Virus record (IMG/VR): IMGVR_UViG_3300033145_001015
Coordinates: 1 to 52,412 of that record
Reading direction: 5' to 3' (one strand)
DNA length: 52,412 bases
From: a virus
Taxonomy: Duplodnaviria; Caudoviricetes
Positions 42,811 to 52,356 of this stretch are shown here, piece after piece; the first letter of the stretch is position 1; each line of letters opens with the position of its first letter. The notes beneath the pieces are model-generated. The model saw only the letters and a list, made by a program, of their open reading frames with translations. It was not told the origin of the DNA and ran no database searches. A program made the translations under genes and the position numbers.

Positions 42811-43429
42811 TTTCGGTCCCGTGGTGACGGACATCGAGAGCCACCTGCATGCTGGCCATCCGTACCGCGAGGCCGATCTAATTGGCTGGGTACATGAGGG
42901 TACGCATGGAATCAACGCAGATTTACGCAGTAAATTCAGATGCCCTTGCTTCTATGTATTAAATAACAGGGTGGTGCGAATTCAACACGAACCAGCTACT
43001 ACTATTACGCGAGTATCGAGGCTTGTGCCAATATCGCTTCGTGGTGCCGTCTATAAGTCCTACCTGATCGATTCCAGGCAATACTGGGAACACCAGCCGT
43101 CATATCTCTGGGATGAGTGGGTGGCTTACACGAATGGAGCGGAGGCGCGTCGGCAACTAGCCATCCATGAGCGAGGGGAAACCGTGGAACACATGATGGA
43201 GTTTTGTGTATATTCTGCATGTGTCGCGTGGTCCGCAAAATCAGACGATCCACAAATACGGTTTTTTATTATGTGGCAAATTGAACGCTCTCTATCAATT
43301 TGCAGGGCTTCCGGTATTCGTAATACTTATTTTGTGCGTCTGCGTGCATCGCCGGATGCCGAAGTTCTCCGTGTATATATGCGAAATTACTTTGGGGTAA
43401 AATGGACACTTGAAACACTGGGGTTCTGA
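42728..43429 (+). CDS. Putative exported HEXXH metallopeptidase
   Basis: Hydrophobic N-terminus FVLLLA; WVHEGTHG; downstream DEWVAY as third-ligand candidate. Confidence 0.6.
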   Translation: MIQHITFVLLLATPLTFTTYHPVRHVNNFGPVVTDIESHLHAGHPYREADLIGWVHEGTHGINADLRSKFRCPCFYVLNNRVVRIQHEPATTITRVSRLVPISLRGAVYKSYLIDSRQYWEHQPSYLWDEWVAYTNGAEARRQLAIHERGETVEHMMEFCVYSACVAWSAKSDDPQIRFFIMWQIERSLSICRASGIRNTYFVRLRASPDAEVLRVYMRNYFGVKWTLETLGF

Positions 43430-43827
43430 TGGACCATGAAGCACTTGAGGAGCTTGCGGCGCTTTCTAATGAATTACTTGCTGCAAAAATTGCGGAGGCG
43501 CTTGCACGAAGTACGAGGGTTGATATTGAAAACCGCATTGCAGCTATTGTTCCTACAAAAGATACCGGCCAGAGGACAATAACGCTACCGGAGGGCCAAA
43601 AGCTCACCGTGAAGCGTGGGTTGAATTACAAGGCAGATGTACAGGCCATAGAGAAAATCTTTAGTGAGCTAGAACAGTTTGCCCCGCTGAAATCAAAGAC
43701 GACCGTGGAACTTGATGTCGCGGGATACGAGTATTATCGTGAAGGCGAGCCTGAGTTTTTCGGGGTGCTGTCGCAGCATGTTATTGTCACTCCTAGAAAA
43801 GTAGCCATTTCAGTTAAGGCGAAATAA
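43429..43827 (+). CDS. Hypothetical protein (helical N-terminus) coupled to the Cas4-like nuclease
   Basis: TGATG/TAATG overlaps. Confidence 0.65.
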   Translation: MDHEALEELAALSNELLAAKIAEALARSTRVDIENRIAAIVPTKDTGQRTITLPEGQKLTVKRGLNYKADVQAIEKIFSELEQFAPLKSKTTVELDVAGYEYYREGEPEFFGVLSQHVIVTPRKVAISVKAK

Positions 43828-45161
43828 TGCCTGCTCTTTCCGACCTACTTCCGAAACAATCACAGACTGTGGAGGCGATATATGACACCCATAAGAAAAA
43901 GGGCGATAGCGAACAGCCCCGAGGCTATCTCGGGATGTCAAGTATCGGGCATTATTGTGAACGCTACCTTTGGTATCAATTTCGTTATTGCTGCGGGTCT
44001 GATTTCGACGGCAGGATGTATCGGCTCTTTGAGACGGGTGATTTAGCTGAAAAACGCTTTATCAATGAACTTCGCGCAATTGGATGCGAGGTCTACGACG
44101 TAGATGAGAATGGCAATCAGTTTGCTTTATCAGCTCATGGCGGTCATTTCTCTGGCCACATGGATGGTTGTGCTTACGGCATACCGGAAGCCCAAAAAAC
44201 CTGGCATGTGCTGGAATTCAAGACACATAACGCCAAGTCATTTGCGAAATTAAAAAAAGAGGGGGTCGGAAAAGCTAAACCCCAGCATTTAGCACAAATG
44301 ACTATGTATATGCATCATACTGGCATGACGCGGGCGCTGTATCTTGCTGTCAATAAAGACAATGACGAAATTTATTCCGAACGTGTGCAATTCGATAAAA
44401 CGTATTCTGATTTCTTGATGCACAAGGCATACGAAATAATTTTTAACACTACTCCACCAGAACGTATTTCGGGACGTTCCGATTACTATTTATGCAAATG
44501 GTGTGACGCAAGAGCGATTTGCTGGAGTATTCAAGATGAGGGGCATTGCCAGGCACTACCTATCCCGGCCATTTCATGTCGTCAATGCTGTCATGCGACG
44601 CCGAAGATGGACGGTAATGCTAGGTGGGTGTGCGAAAAACACAAGCGAGGCTTATCAGAGGCCGATCAAGCAAGAACATGTGATGATCACCTGTGTTTAC
44701 CCGGACTATTCGCCTTCGCTCAGCCCCATGAGTATGGCCAATATGAAGGGTCTAGTGGCGAATACATAGATTTCAAGAACAATGGAAATGGAGAAATTTG
44801 GCAACATGGTTATGGCGAGGGCGGGTTTATAACCAAGGAGCTTATGCGTCTTTCGCAGCAGCAACTCTCAAATGGCATGGTATCTGCCGCAAAAAAGCTA
44901 TTCGAGGCCGAGATAACTAGCGTGTCCGGTGACGATGTTTCAGCACGATATCCAGCCGAAGATTCAGAAATTTTATGGCATGGGAAAGTAAGCCAACTGG
45001 AGGAAAAATGGCTTGAGTTTGCCGGGGAACCGATGACCCCCAGCGCAGTTAAACACCGGGAAGATAATTTCGATTGTCAGGCTGCCGAATTCGATACTGG
45101 TATGGCGGTTTTCATTTGGCCGGATATTAAGGAAGCGGAGATTAGAAAGGGTAAGGAATGA
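43827..45161 (+). CDS. Cas4-like PD-(D/E)XK exonuclease
   Basis: YLGMSSIGHYCER, GHMDG, LEFKT, Q-x-x-x-Y, CKWC-x5-C cluster. Confidence 0.88.
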   Translation: MPALSDLLPKQSQTVEAIYDTHKKKGDSEQPRGYLGMSSIGHYCERYLWYQFRYCCGSDFDGRMYRLFETGDLAEKRFINELRAIGCEVYDVDENGNQFALSAHGGHFSGHMDGCAYGIPEAQKTWHVLEFKTHNAKSFAKLKKEGVGKAKPQHLAQMTMYMHHTGMTRALYLAVNKDNDEIYSERVQFDKTYSDFLMHKAYEIIFNTTPPERISGRSDYYLCKWCDARAICWSIQDEGHCQALPIPAISCRQCCHATPKMDGNARWVCEKHKRGLSEADQARTCDDHLCLPGLFAFAQPHEYGQYEGSSGEYIDFKNNGNGEIWQHGYGEGGFITKELMRLSQQQLSNGMVSAAKKLFEAEITSVSGDDVSARYPAEDSEILWHGKVSQLEEKWLEFAGEPMTPSAVKHREDNFDCQAAEFDTGMAVFIWPDIKEAEIRKGKE

Positions 45162-45358
45162 GATTTTTACATACCGCCGTAGGTAGCGTTAAGGAAACAA
45201 CGAAATTCCTCTTGTTACCGATGCGTATTGATTTGGAAACACGTTGGTTGGAGAGGGTGACGATTCAGTGGCAATACGTTATTTTCGGGAGTAGTGCTCT
45301 TTGGCAACCGATCAAATTCATGCAGCGAAAAGATGAAGTTGAGGAGGATGGGGAATAA
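45158..45358 (+). CDS. Hypothetical protein
   Basis: FLLLP...ETRWLE motif; ATGA overlap. Confidence 0.55.
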   Translation: MRFLHTAVGSVKETTKFLLLPMRIDLETRWLERVTIQWQYVIFGSSALWQPIKFMQRKDEVEEDGE

Positions 45359-45517
45359 TGCACAGCAGCGAGACATTTTTCGTACAGGCCGATGAAGGTA
45401 TTCTCTATTCTATATTATGGGAATTATGGGAATGTAATCTCATGTTGTCCTTGGTTGTCGCCCCACTATCAAAAAACCGACCGTATGGAATTGATTTTTA
45501 GTTGAAGGGTAATAATA

Positions 45518-45685
45518 ATGGCGCAGGGTGTTGAACAAGCCGATGGTTGGAGCAAGGCCGGAAAGGGCGGCAAGTGTTATCATTGGTGGCTAAAGAAATG
45601 GAAAGCTCGCAAGGAACGTCGTGCCGCGAAGAAAAACCCACAATGTAATCCAGGTTACGGGAAATATAAGGGGTATGAATTATGA
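45518..45685 (+). CDS. Small basic hypothetical protein (55 aa)
   Basis: MAQGVEQ...KKWKARKERRAAKKNP...YKGYEL; read manually; ATGA overlap with the next gene. Confidence 0.5.
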   Translation: MAQGVEQADGWSKAGKGGKCYHWWLKKWKARKERRAAKKNPQCNPGYGKYKGYEL

Positions 45686-45939
45686 GTAAAGAAAGCATAC
45701 GCGCAAGACTTAAGCGCTTTCTGATTGCCGATGGTACATTTCATAAACAGGTTGCCATAATACCAGATGATTTGTATCAAGAAGCAAAGGAAGTAGCGAA
45801 AAGAACCGACAACATTGTTGGTATTCCATCGTCGGACGAATGGAACATTTGCCTTGACAGTAGGATTGTTTTGATAACGAAGGAAATTGCGCTCATTCGG
45901 CTGGCACAGTATCAACAGATAAGAAGAATAGTTTCCTGA
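45682..45939 (+). CDS. Hypothetical protein
   Basis: Abuts the helicase start. Confidence 0.55.
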   Translation: MSKESIRARLKRFLIADGTFHKQVAIIPDDLYQEAKEVAKRTDNIVGIPSSDEWNICLDSRIVLITKEIALIRLAQYQQIRRIVS

Positions 45940-47583
45940 ATGATGTTTCAGCCACGCCCCTATCAGCTTGATGCAGAGAATGCTTTGCATGAGTATATCT
46001 GCGCAAAACAGACGAATCCATGTGTCGTCGTGCCGACGGGCGGCGGTAAGTCCGTCATTATGGCCAATACAATCAAACGCTGGCGTGGGGATGCACCGTG
46101 GGTACGTGGGTGCATCCTTGCCCATAGGAAGGAACTAGTGGAACAGAATGCAGACAAATTACGTGCAGCTCTTGGAGCGTCTAGTGGAGCAGATGATATT
46201 GGAATTTTTGCCGCCGGACTTGGTAGACGAGATTACAATTCGCCTATCCTGTTCGCCTCCATTGATTCAATTTACAAAAAGGCGGGGGAATTCCAGCCAT
46301 TCGATTTCTTGTTCATTGATGAGGCTCACCGAATTCCGCCTTCCGGTGAAGGAAAGTATCGAACTTTTATTGCAGGCTGCAAAAGATTCAACGGGGCATT
46401 ACGTACAGTGGGCTGGACGGCAACGCCGTTCAGGATGGGGTGCGGCTCCATCTGTCATGCCGACCACATTCTTAACGAAATTTGCTACGAAGCCAAAATT
46501 ATGGAGTTAATTAACGATGGATACTTATGCAAACTTAGATCGAAGGTTGGCAGAAATCAGCCGGAATTGTCAGGGGTCAAACGAAATTGCGGAGGCGATT
46601 ACAGACTCAATTCACTTGTTGAGGCTACGAATAAAACCGAAATTATTGAGTCGGCTGTCGCAGAAGCAGTTCACATTATTAGGGCTGAAGATAGACGAGC
46701 TACTGTGTTCTTCTGCGTTGATGTGGACCACTGTAAGCGAGTGTCTAGAGAGTTGCGAAAACATGGAATCTACGCTCCAGACCTTACGAGAAAAACGAAA
46801 CGACATGACAGAGATAAGCTGATTCGTGATTTCAAGGCTGGCCGAATTCAAGCAGTCTGCAATGTAAATGTCTTAACGGAAGGTTTCGATGCTCCTCGTA
46901 TTGATTGCATTGTACTTTTGCGGCCTACTCTTTCTCCTGGTTTATATTCTCAAATGGTCGGTCGTGGTTTGCGGCCATATAACACTAAACGAGATTGCCT
47001 TGTTTTGGATTTTGCTGGCTGTATTGATGAACATGGTCCAATTGACTTACTTGGCGAAAATCAACGGGTTATAATGGCAACTTGTTCGCAATGCCGCGAA
47101 TCATTTAGTCGCGCCATTAGGGTATGCCCGCAATGCGGATGGGAAATCCCAAAACAGGAAATAGAGCGTCTCGAATCAGTCGAACGTGAACGGCGTATGC
47201 ACGGTATCAAGGCATCCGGCAAGTCGATACTGTCGAATGAACCGCAGATAATGGAAGTCAATACTGTTTTCGTTTCGCGCCATGTTAAGGCTGGTTCGCC
47301 AGACTCCCTGAGGGTACAATACAGATGCGGTATTGGAATGTATCGTGAATGGGTGTGTCTCGATCACGATGGGGTAGCCGGGCAAATTGCAGACAAATGG
47401 TGGAGGAAACGTTTCGGTGACAAATCAACCGTGAATGAGGCGTTAGGTAATTTGTTTTTAAGTCAACAAATTCTCGAATACACAAAAACAATTACTGTTA
47501 AGAGAGTCAAGAGATATTACGAGATTATCGCATATAATCAGCCAATAGGAGGGGAACGAGATGTACAGATGCAGAATATGTAA
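45940..47583 (+). CDS. Superfamily 2 DEAH helicase (RadD/YejH-like) with zinc ribbon
   Basis: PRPYQ, PTGGGKS, IDEAH, TATP, LTEGFDAP, QMVGRGLR, CSQC...CPQC. Confidence 0.93.
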   Translation: MMFQPRPYQLDAENALHEYICAKQTNPCVVVPTGGGKSVIMANTIKRWRGDAPWVRGCILAHRKELVEQNADKLRAALGASSGADDIGIFAAGLGRRDYNSPILFASIDSIYKKAGEFQPFDFLFIDEAHRIPPSGEGKYRTFIAGCKRFNGALRTVGWTATPFRMGCGSICHADHILNEICYEAKIMELINDGYLCKLRSKVGRNQPELSGVKRNCGGDYRLNSLVEATNKTEIIESAVAEAVHIIRAEDRRATVFFCVDVDHCKRVSRELRKHGIYAPDLTRKTKRHDRDKLIRDFKAGRIQAVCNVNVLTEGFDAPRIDCIVLLRPTLSPGLYSQMVGRGLRPYNTKRDCLVLDFAGCIDEHGPIDLLGENQRVIMATCSQCRESFSRAIRVCPQCGWEIPKQEIERLESVERERRMHGIKASGKSILSNEPQIMEVNTVFVSRHVKAGSPDSLRVQYRCGIGMYREWVCLDHDGVAGQIADKWWRKRFGDKSTVNEALGNLFLSQQILEYTKTITVKRVKRYYEIIAYNQPIGGERDVQMQNM

Positions 47584-47710
47584 TTGCCTAATTAGCGAAG
47601 AGGATTACGGAATATGCGATCTTTGCGCAGAGGAAGAATGGGAGGCAGATTGCGCTGGTGATTTCGATAACTATTTGCTTGATAGTTATTCAGTTGATGG
47701 AGAAGAATAG
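47561..47710 (+). CDS. Small acidic zinc-finger protein (49 aa)
   Basis: MYRCRIC...CDLCAEEEWEAD...; GGAGG-type SD; read manually. Confidence 0.5.
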   Translation: MYRCRICNCLISEEDYGICDLCAEEEWEADCAGDFDNYLLDSYSVDGEE

Positions 47711-47727
47711 CCAGCAAGGAGGCCAGT

Positions 47728-50016
47728 ATGAGCAACTTACTTGAAGCAGCGCTACGATACGCTGATCTTGGGTGGTATGTTTTCCCCATTACCCCCGGTA
47801 AGAAAACACCAATTACAACTCACGGAGTTAAGGATGCAACAACAGATACGAAACGAATTCAAGAATGGTGGGCTAAGTGGCCGAATGCAAATATCGCTGT
47901 TGCATGTGGCAGGAAAAGCGGAGTCTACGTCATTGATGTTGATGTCACTACGACAAGAGATGTTGATGGAAAAGCCTCACTCGAAGAGTTCCCCAAATTA
48001 CCTGGAACTATACGACAGAATACTCCGCGCGGTGGATTCCATGCGTTCTTTAAAGCGGGGAATCCACCAGTTAATAAAAACGGATTCCGGCCCGGAATCG
48101 ACATCAGAGGGGATGGATACTACGTTCTCCTCGCCCCGAGTATCCGAGCTGACGGAGTACAATATGCCTGGATGAAGGGGTATTCTCCGTGGGAAATTCC
48201 CGCGGCTGAATATCCCGATTTTATGCGCCCGGTTGCGAAATCCTCCCAGGCGTCCCCGGTGCCAGCTATACGGCCTGTTGCTGCACAGTCACCTCAGCAC
48301 TCCAATGACACCATGCGACGCGCCAGCGCGTACCTGGCGGCTTGTGAGCCTGCAATTCAGGGGCAAGCTGGCCACGATAAGCTGCTGTACGCTGCTTCCC
48401 GAATGGTTCATGGATTTCTCTTGACAGACACTCAGGCATACGGTATACTTGCTAGTGAGTACAATCCACGGTGTATGCCGCCGTGGGATTTAACAAGCCA
48501 AAGTGACGAAAGGGATTTCAGGAGAAAGGTCACGGAAGCGCGAAAATTGCAGCCACAACACCCCCCTGGATGGTTATTAAACAATGATGATTATAGTAAT
48601 AACAGTTCTGGCGATAAATTTTGCATTGTGGATATTGACGTTCTTTTGCGTAAGGCGAAATGTCGCAACTGCGGATTGGAATTTCAACAAGATAATGGGG
48701 CGAATCGATGCGATAAATGTTTACCTGAGTGTACCGCCGGGAACCATAAAGCCGAATTACGGTTCCTCTGCCAACCCACAGGACTACTCGGAGAAATTTG
48801 CTCATGGTTAAACTCAACCTCGTTGCGATCCCAGCCCTTCCTTTCACTTGCTGCCTCATTGACTTTTCTCGGTGCTTTATTCGGAAGGAAAATCCGAGAT
48901 TGCTTAGGAAGCCGGACAAACTTATATTGTATGGGAGTTGCACCATCCTCCGCCGGGAAACAACATGCACTTAATCAACTCAGAAATCTCGCAACAGCAA
49001 CCGGATGTGTGGAGTTGCTTGGCGGCGACTATATCGCTTCCGATTCCGCTATTGAAGAACGCATGTCTCGAAGTCCTACTACGTTATTTTTATGGGACGA
49101 GATTGGTCATTTGCTTGCTCATATTAGGTCTGGGGCAAGCCACAATCACGCTCAGGTAGTCTCGCTTTTAATGAAACTTTATTCATCTGCCGGGAGTATG
49201 TATCTTGGACGAGAATATGCAGAAGCCGACCGCCAGCGAACTGTTATCCAGCCGTGCTGTTGTATCTATGGCACGTCTACGCCTGAGAGATTCACTAGCG
49301 GAATTAGTCCAGAGGAGTTGCAAGATGGATGGCTTTCCAGATGTCTTGTATTTGTTTCTGGGGATAATCCCAGAAAAAACAGAAACGCAAATTTCGATAC
49401 CAAAATCCCAAATTCCATAATGCAGCAAATTGGTGCGTGGAGGGAATTTTCGGTTGAAAAGGAATCGAATAATGAATTGTCTAAATATGTTACCCCAGGA
49501 TATTGCGAAGCCCCACCAGCTCAATTTATAGTTCCGGCTTCGCGGGATGCTGAGGAGATTTTTGTTTCATTTGATGATGAAACTACAAAGTATGGACAGA
49601 AACATCCGCTTCTCGCTTGTCTCTGGAGGAAGGGCGAAGAGAATGCAAGGAGAATTGCGCTTATTATTGCAGCGGGTAATAGCTGTAATGATCCGGTCAT
49701 CACTTCAGCAGATGCAAATTATGCCTGTCGGTTAATTCGGTACTTGCTAATTAGTTTTGGTACGGAAATTGCACCCGAAATTACGTCATCCGAGGCGGAA
49801 AGAAGCAAGCGTAAAGTGTACCGGGTAATCAGGGACGCGGGAACCAGGGGAATTTCATTGCAGCGACTCACCAAAGCTACGCGATGGGCAAACCAGAAAA
49901 GTAGGCATGACCTGCTGGGTGATCTCATTGCTGCTGGAGATATTATTTCCGAACTTCGTAGCGGAGCGCCGACATATTGGACTGCCGAGGATTATATAGT
50001 AGGAACTAATGCCTGA
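47728..50016 (+). CDS. Bifunctional primase-polymerase (Prim-Pol) fused to a DUF3987-like helicase domain
   Basis: GWYVFP, ANIAVACG, VIDVDV, TPRGGFH, GIDIRGDGYYV; C-terminal APSSAGK Walker A, WDEIG Walker B, DGWLSR. Confidence 0.9.
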   Translation: MSNLLEAALRYADLGWYVFPITPGKKTPITTHGVKDATTDTKRIQEWWAKWPNANIAVACGRKSGVYVIDVDVTTTRDVDGKASLEEFPKLPGTIRQNTPRGGFHAFFKAGNPPVNKNGFRPGIDIRGDGYYVLLAPSIRADGVQYAWMKGYSPWEIPAAEYPDFMRPVAKSSQASPVPAIRPVAAQSPQHSNDTMRRASAYLAACEPAIQGQAGHDKLLYAASRMVHGFLLTDTQAYGILASEYNPRCMPPWDLTSQSDERDFRRKVTEARKLQPQHPPGWLLNNDDYSNNSSGDKFCIVDIDVLLRKAKCRNCGLEFQQDNGANRCDKCLPECTAGNHKAELRFLCQPTGLLGEICSWLNSTSLRSQPFLSLAASLTFLGALFGRKIRDCLGSRTNLYCMGVAPSSAGKQHALNQLRNLATATGCVELLGGDYIASDSAIEERMSRSPTTLFLWDEIGHLLAHIRSGASHNHAQVVSLLMKLYSSAGSMYLGREYAEADRQRTVIQPCCCIYGTSTPERFTSGISPEELQDGWLSRCLVFVSGDNPRKNRNANFDTKIPNSIMQQIGAWREFSVEKESNNELSKYVTPGYCEAPPAQFIVPASRDAEEIFVSFDDETTKYGQKHPLLACLWRKGEENARRIALIIAAGNSCNDPVITSADANYACRLIRYLLISFGTEIAPEITSSEAERSKRKVYRVIRDAGTRGISLQRLTKATRWANQKSRHDLLGDLIAAGDIISELRSGAPTYWTAEDYIVGTNA

Positions 50017-50392
50017 ATCCATAACTGTAATCCTGCCAATTCCAAATAGAGCCTTGTCGCCTAATTTCATGGTCGGCGGAATTGGTGGTCGCATGATGAA
50101 GGCTAAGGCAACAAGCAAGCTGCGGCGTCTTGCGTGTGAGGCTATTGGAGCTGAGCGTATCGAGTCGTTGCCGTGGAATAAGGTAATGGTATCGGCGGTA
50201 TTTTCCCACAAAACAAAACGCAGGCGTGACCAAGATAACGCAATGGCATCACTTAAGGCAGCTTATGATGGAATAGTTGATGCTGGTGTTGTGCCGGACG
50301 ATGACTATGAGCACATGAACCGCGGTACACCAACATTCAATTATGATACGGAATTTCCAAGAGTCACTTTAACAATTGAGAGAATATCGTGA
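50009..50392 (+). CDS. rusA: RusA-like Holliday junction resolvase
   Basis: SPN...RRRDQDN...LKAAYDGIVDAGVVPDDD. Confidence 0.8.
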   Translation: MPESITVILPIPNRALSPNFMVGGIGGRMMKAKATSKLRRLACEAIGAERIESLPWNKVMVSAVFSHKTKRRRDQDNAMASLKAAYDGIVDAGVVPDDDYEHMNRGTPTFNYDTEFPRVTLTIERIS

Positions 50393-50649
50393 ACAAAGAA
50401 AAAGCAAGAACATTACCGAAAGACCTTGTTGATGGAACTTTACCTAAACCGAGGCCGACATGGTATGAAAAACTTTCAGCAGAACACCGAAAATACGTAT
50501 TGGATGTTGTTTCCGTTATGCTGCAAAGTCCTGGTGTTTCTACGTACAGGGTAGCTGAAGCCATTAAAGAAGAGCTATCTTTAGTTACTCATAAGAATAC
50601 AATAGTTAGAACGTTGCAGGAAATGTTGAAAGTGAGGATGGAGAAATGA
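50389..50649 (+). CDS. Small helical (HTH-like) protein
   Basis: WYEKLS...TYRVAEAI...TIVRTL; precedes the phosphoesterase. Confidence 0.55.
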   Translation: MNKEKARTLPKDLVDGTLPKPRPTWYEKLSAEHRKYVLDVVSVMLQSPGVSTYRVAEAIKEELSLVTHKNTIVRTLQEMLKVRMEK

Positions 50650-51698
50650 GGCATAAGAAGCCAGGGGAACTTGTTGCGTGTGTCAACACGGTTGATGCGG
50701 AAATCAAAATAGCCAAGTTGAAAGGTGAGATACTATCTTACCGGGCTAAGCAGCGGCAGGCTATGGCGCAAGCCATTAACCTGGAGACGCAACTTGATGT
50801 TGTCATGTCAATAAAAGACAAGCCAAAGAAGCGAATTCTCGGGTCTATTGCAAAGTCCGCCCCGGATGGAGTTGCAGTAATCGTTCCGGCTTCGGATTGG
50901 CATGTCGAGGAGACGATTGAAAGTTTCGGCGTTAATGGGAAAAATTTCTTCAATCTCGTTGAGGCAGAACGGCGCATTAAGCGTTTCTATAACAAGATAG
51001 TTGAGCTAATTGATTGGCAAAATGGCCTTGCACCCGTAGCTGAGCTTTGGCATCCGTTGCTCGGTGATCTAATGACTGGGTATATCCATGAAGAGCTAAT
51101 GGAAACGAATTCCCTTAGTCCAACTGAAGCATGCGTGTTCCTTCAGGATATGATCTGTGCCGGAATTGATTTCCTCCTGAAAAAAACAAAGTTGCCAATT
51201 TTCATTCCAACATGCGTTGGAAATCATGGCAGAACGACACCAAAGAAGCGTATCAAAACAAGCTACAAGAATAGCTATGAGTGGCTACTTTATATGATGT
51301 TAGCTAAGCGATATGAGAATAATAAACGTGTGATGTGGGATGTCGGGAGGGGTTACCATAATACGCAGACTATTGTCGGGCGCAAGGTGCGTTTCCACCA
51401 CGGCGATGGTCTACGGTACAATGGTGGTGTCGGTGGCATTACTATCCCAGTGAATAAGTCCATTTCGCAATGGGACAAAGTGCAAGCGGTTGATCTTGAT
51501 GTGTTTGGCCACTGGCATACTTTCATGTCTTGTTACCCTAAGTGGATATGCTGTGGATCGCTCATGGGCTATAGCGAATACTCCGTCGAAATCAAGGCGG
51601 AATTCCAACATCCAACCCAGGCGTTTATTGTTCTCGACCGGCGATATGGTCTTACGCAAGCCACGCCGATTTTTCTCACAAAACCAAAGAGGAAATAA
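50646..51698 (+). CDS. Calcineurin-like metallophosphoesterase
   Basis: SDWH, LGD, GNHGR, HHGD, GHWH metal-binding motifs; N-terminal coiled coil. Confidence 0.88.
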   Translation: MRHKKPGELVACVNTVDAEIKIAKLKGEILSYRAKQRQAMAQAINLETQLDVVMSIKDKPKKRILGSIAKSAPDGVAVIVPASDWHVEETIESFGVNGKNFFNLVEAERRIKRFYNKIVELIDWQNGLAPVAELWHPLLGDLMTGYIHEELMETNSLSPTEACVFLQDMICAGIDFLLKKTKLPIFIPTCVGNHGRTTPKKRIKTSYKNSYEWLLYMMLAKRYENNKRVMWDVGRGYHNTQTIVGRKVRFHHGDGLRYNGGVGGITIPVNKSISQWDKVQAVDLDVFGHWHTFMSCYPKWICCGSLMGYSEYSVEIKAEFQHPTQAFIVLDRRYGLTQATPIFLTKPKRK

Positions 51699-51699
51699 G

Positions 51700-52356
51700 A
51701 TGGAATCAAGAAATAAATTCACAGAACAGTGCAAGGCGAAATCTAAAAGGTGGTTCAGGGAGACGCTCCAAAAAGCTGGGGATACTTACACAATCAATAT
51801 ACCGAAGGATTTAACACTAGGGGAATCTCGTGAAATAGCCAAAGAAGTGGAACGAGAAAAGACAGAACTACAAGCAGGGAGTGAAAATATCATGCGACAA
51901 TTCGATACTGGAGCAACACGAGACTCGGATACTCTAAAGCTCGATTACGATGGTTTTCTTAGCCCGCTCGTATTAAGGCGATATGCTGAATATCTGAATA
52001 AACATCGCACTCAAGCTGATGGCAAATTACGCGATAGCGATAACTGGCAAAAGGGAATCCCGCTTACGGCTTATATGAAATCTCTATGGCGCCACTTCAT
52101 GGATGTATGGTCTTATCATAGAGGAATAGGGCAAGTTTCGCACTCTGTTGATAAATGCCTCAGAGAAGAGGCGTTATGTGCTGTGATTTTCAATGCTTCG
52201 GGATATTTGCATGAAATCCTTAAAAAAGAACGTTCGGATATTGCATCTCTTTCCTCGCAAGAAGAACTCAACGAACGTTATTTTAAGTATAGCAATTCCC
52301 CTGGGATTGATCCAGAAGAAGAAATTCCCACAACAAAGCCAGGTAGTCAGGGGTAA
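51700..52356 (+). CDS. dATP/dGTP diphosphohydrolase-like protein (DUF5664 type)
   Basis: RQFDTGATRD...K-x-D-Y...NWQKGIP...SL-x-RH...L-x-A-x-x-FNA; start re-called at ATG 51700. Confidence 0.8.
   Translation: MESRNKFTEQCKAKSKRWFRETLQKAGDTYTINIPKDLTLGESREIAKEVEREKTELQAGSENIMRQFDTGATRDSDTLKLDYDGFLSPLVLRRYAEYLNKHRTQADGKLRDSDNWQKGIPLTAYMKSLWRHFMDVWSYHRGIGQVSHSVDKCLREEALCAVIFNASGYLHEILKKERSDIASLSSQEELNERYFKYSNSPGIDPEEEIPTTKPGSQG

Noticed and set aside
43827-45161. Cas4-like gene as part of a CRISPR-Cas system
   Set aside because: No cas1/cas2 or array; context is the usual phage Sak4-SSB-exonuclease-helicase module
51700-52356. 2-aminoadenine (Z) or other base-substitution system
   Set aside because: No PurZ, DNA polymerase or base-modifying enzyme was recognised; the diphosphohydrolase alone is insufficient
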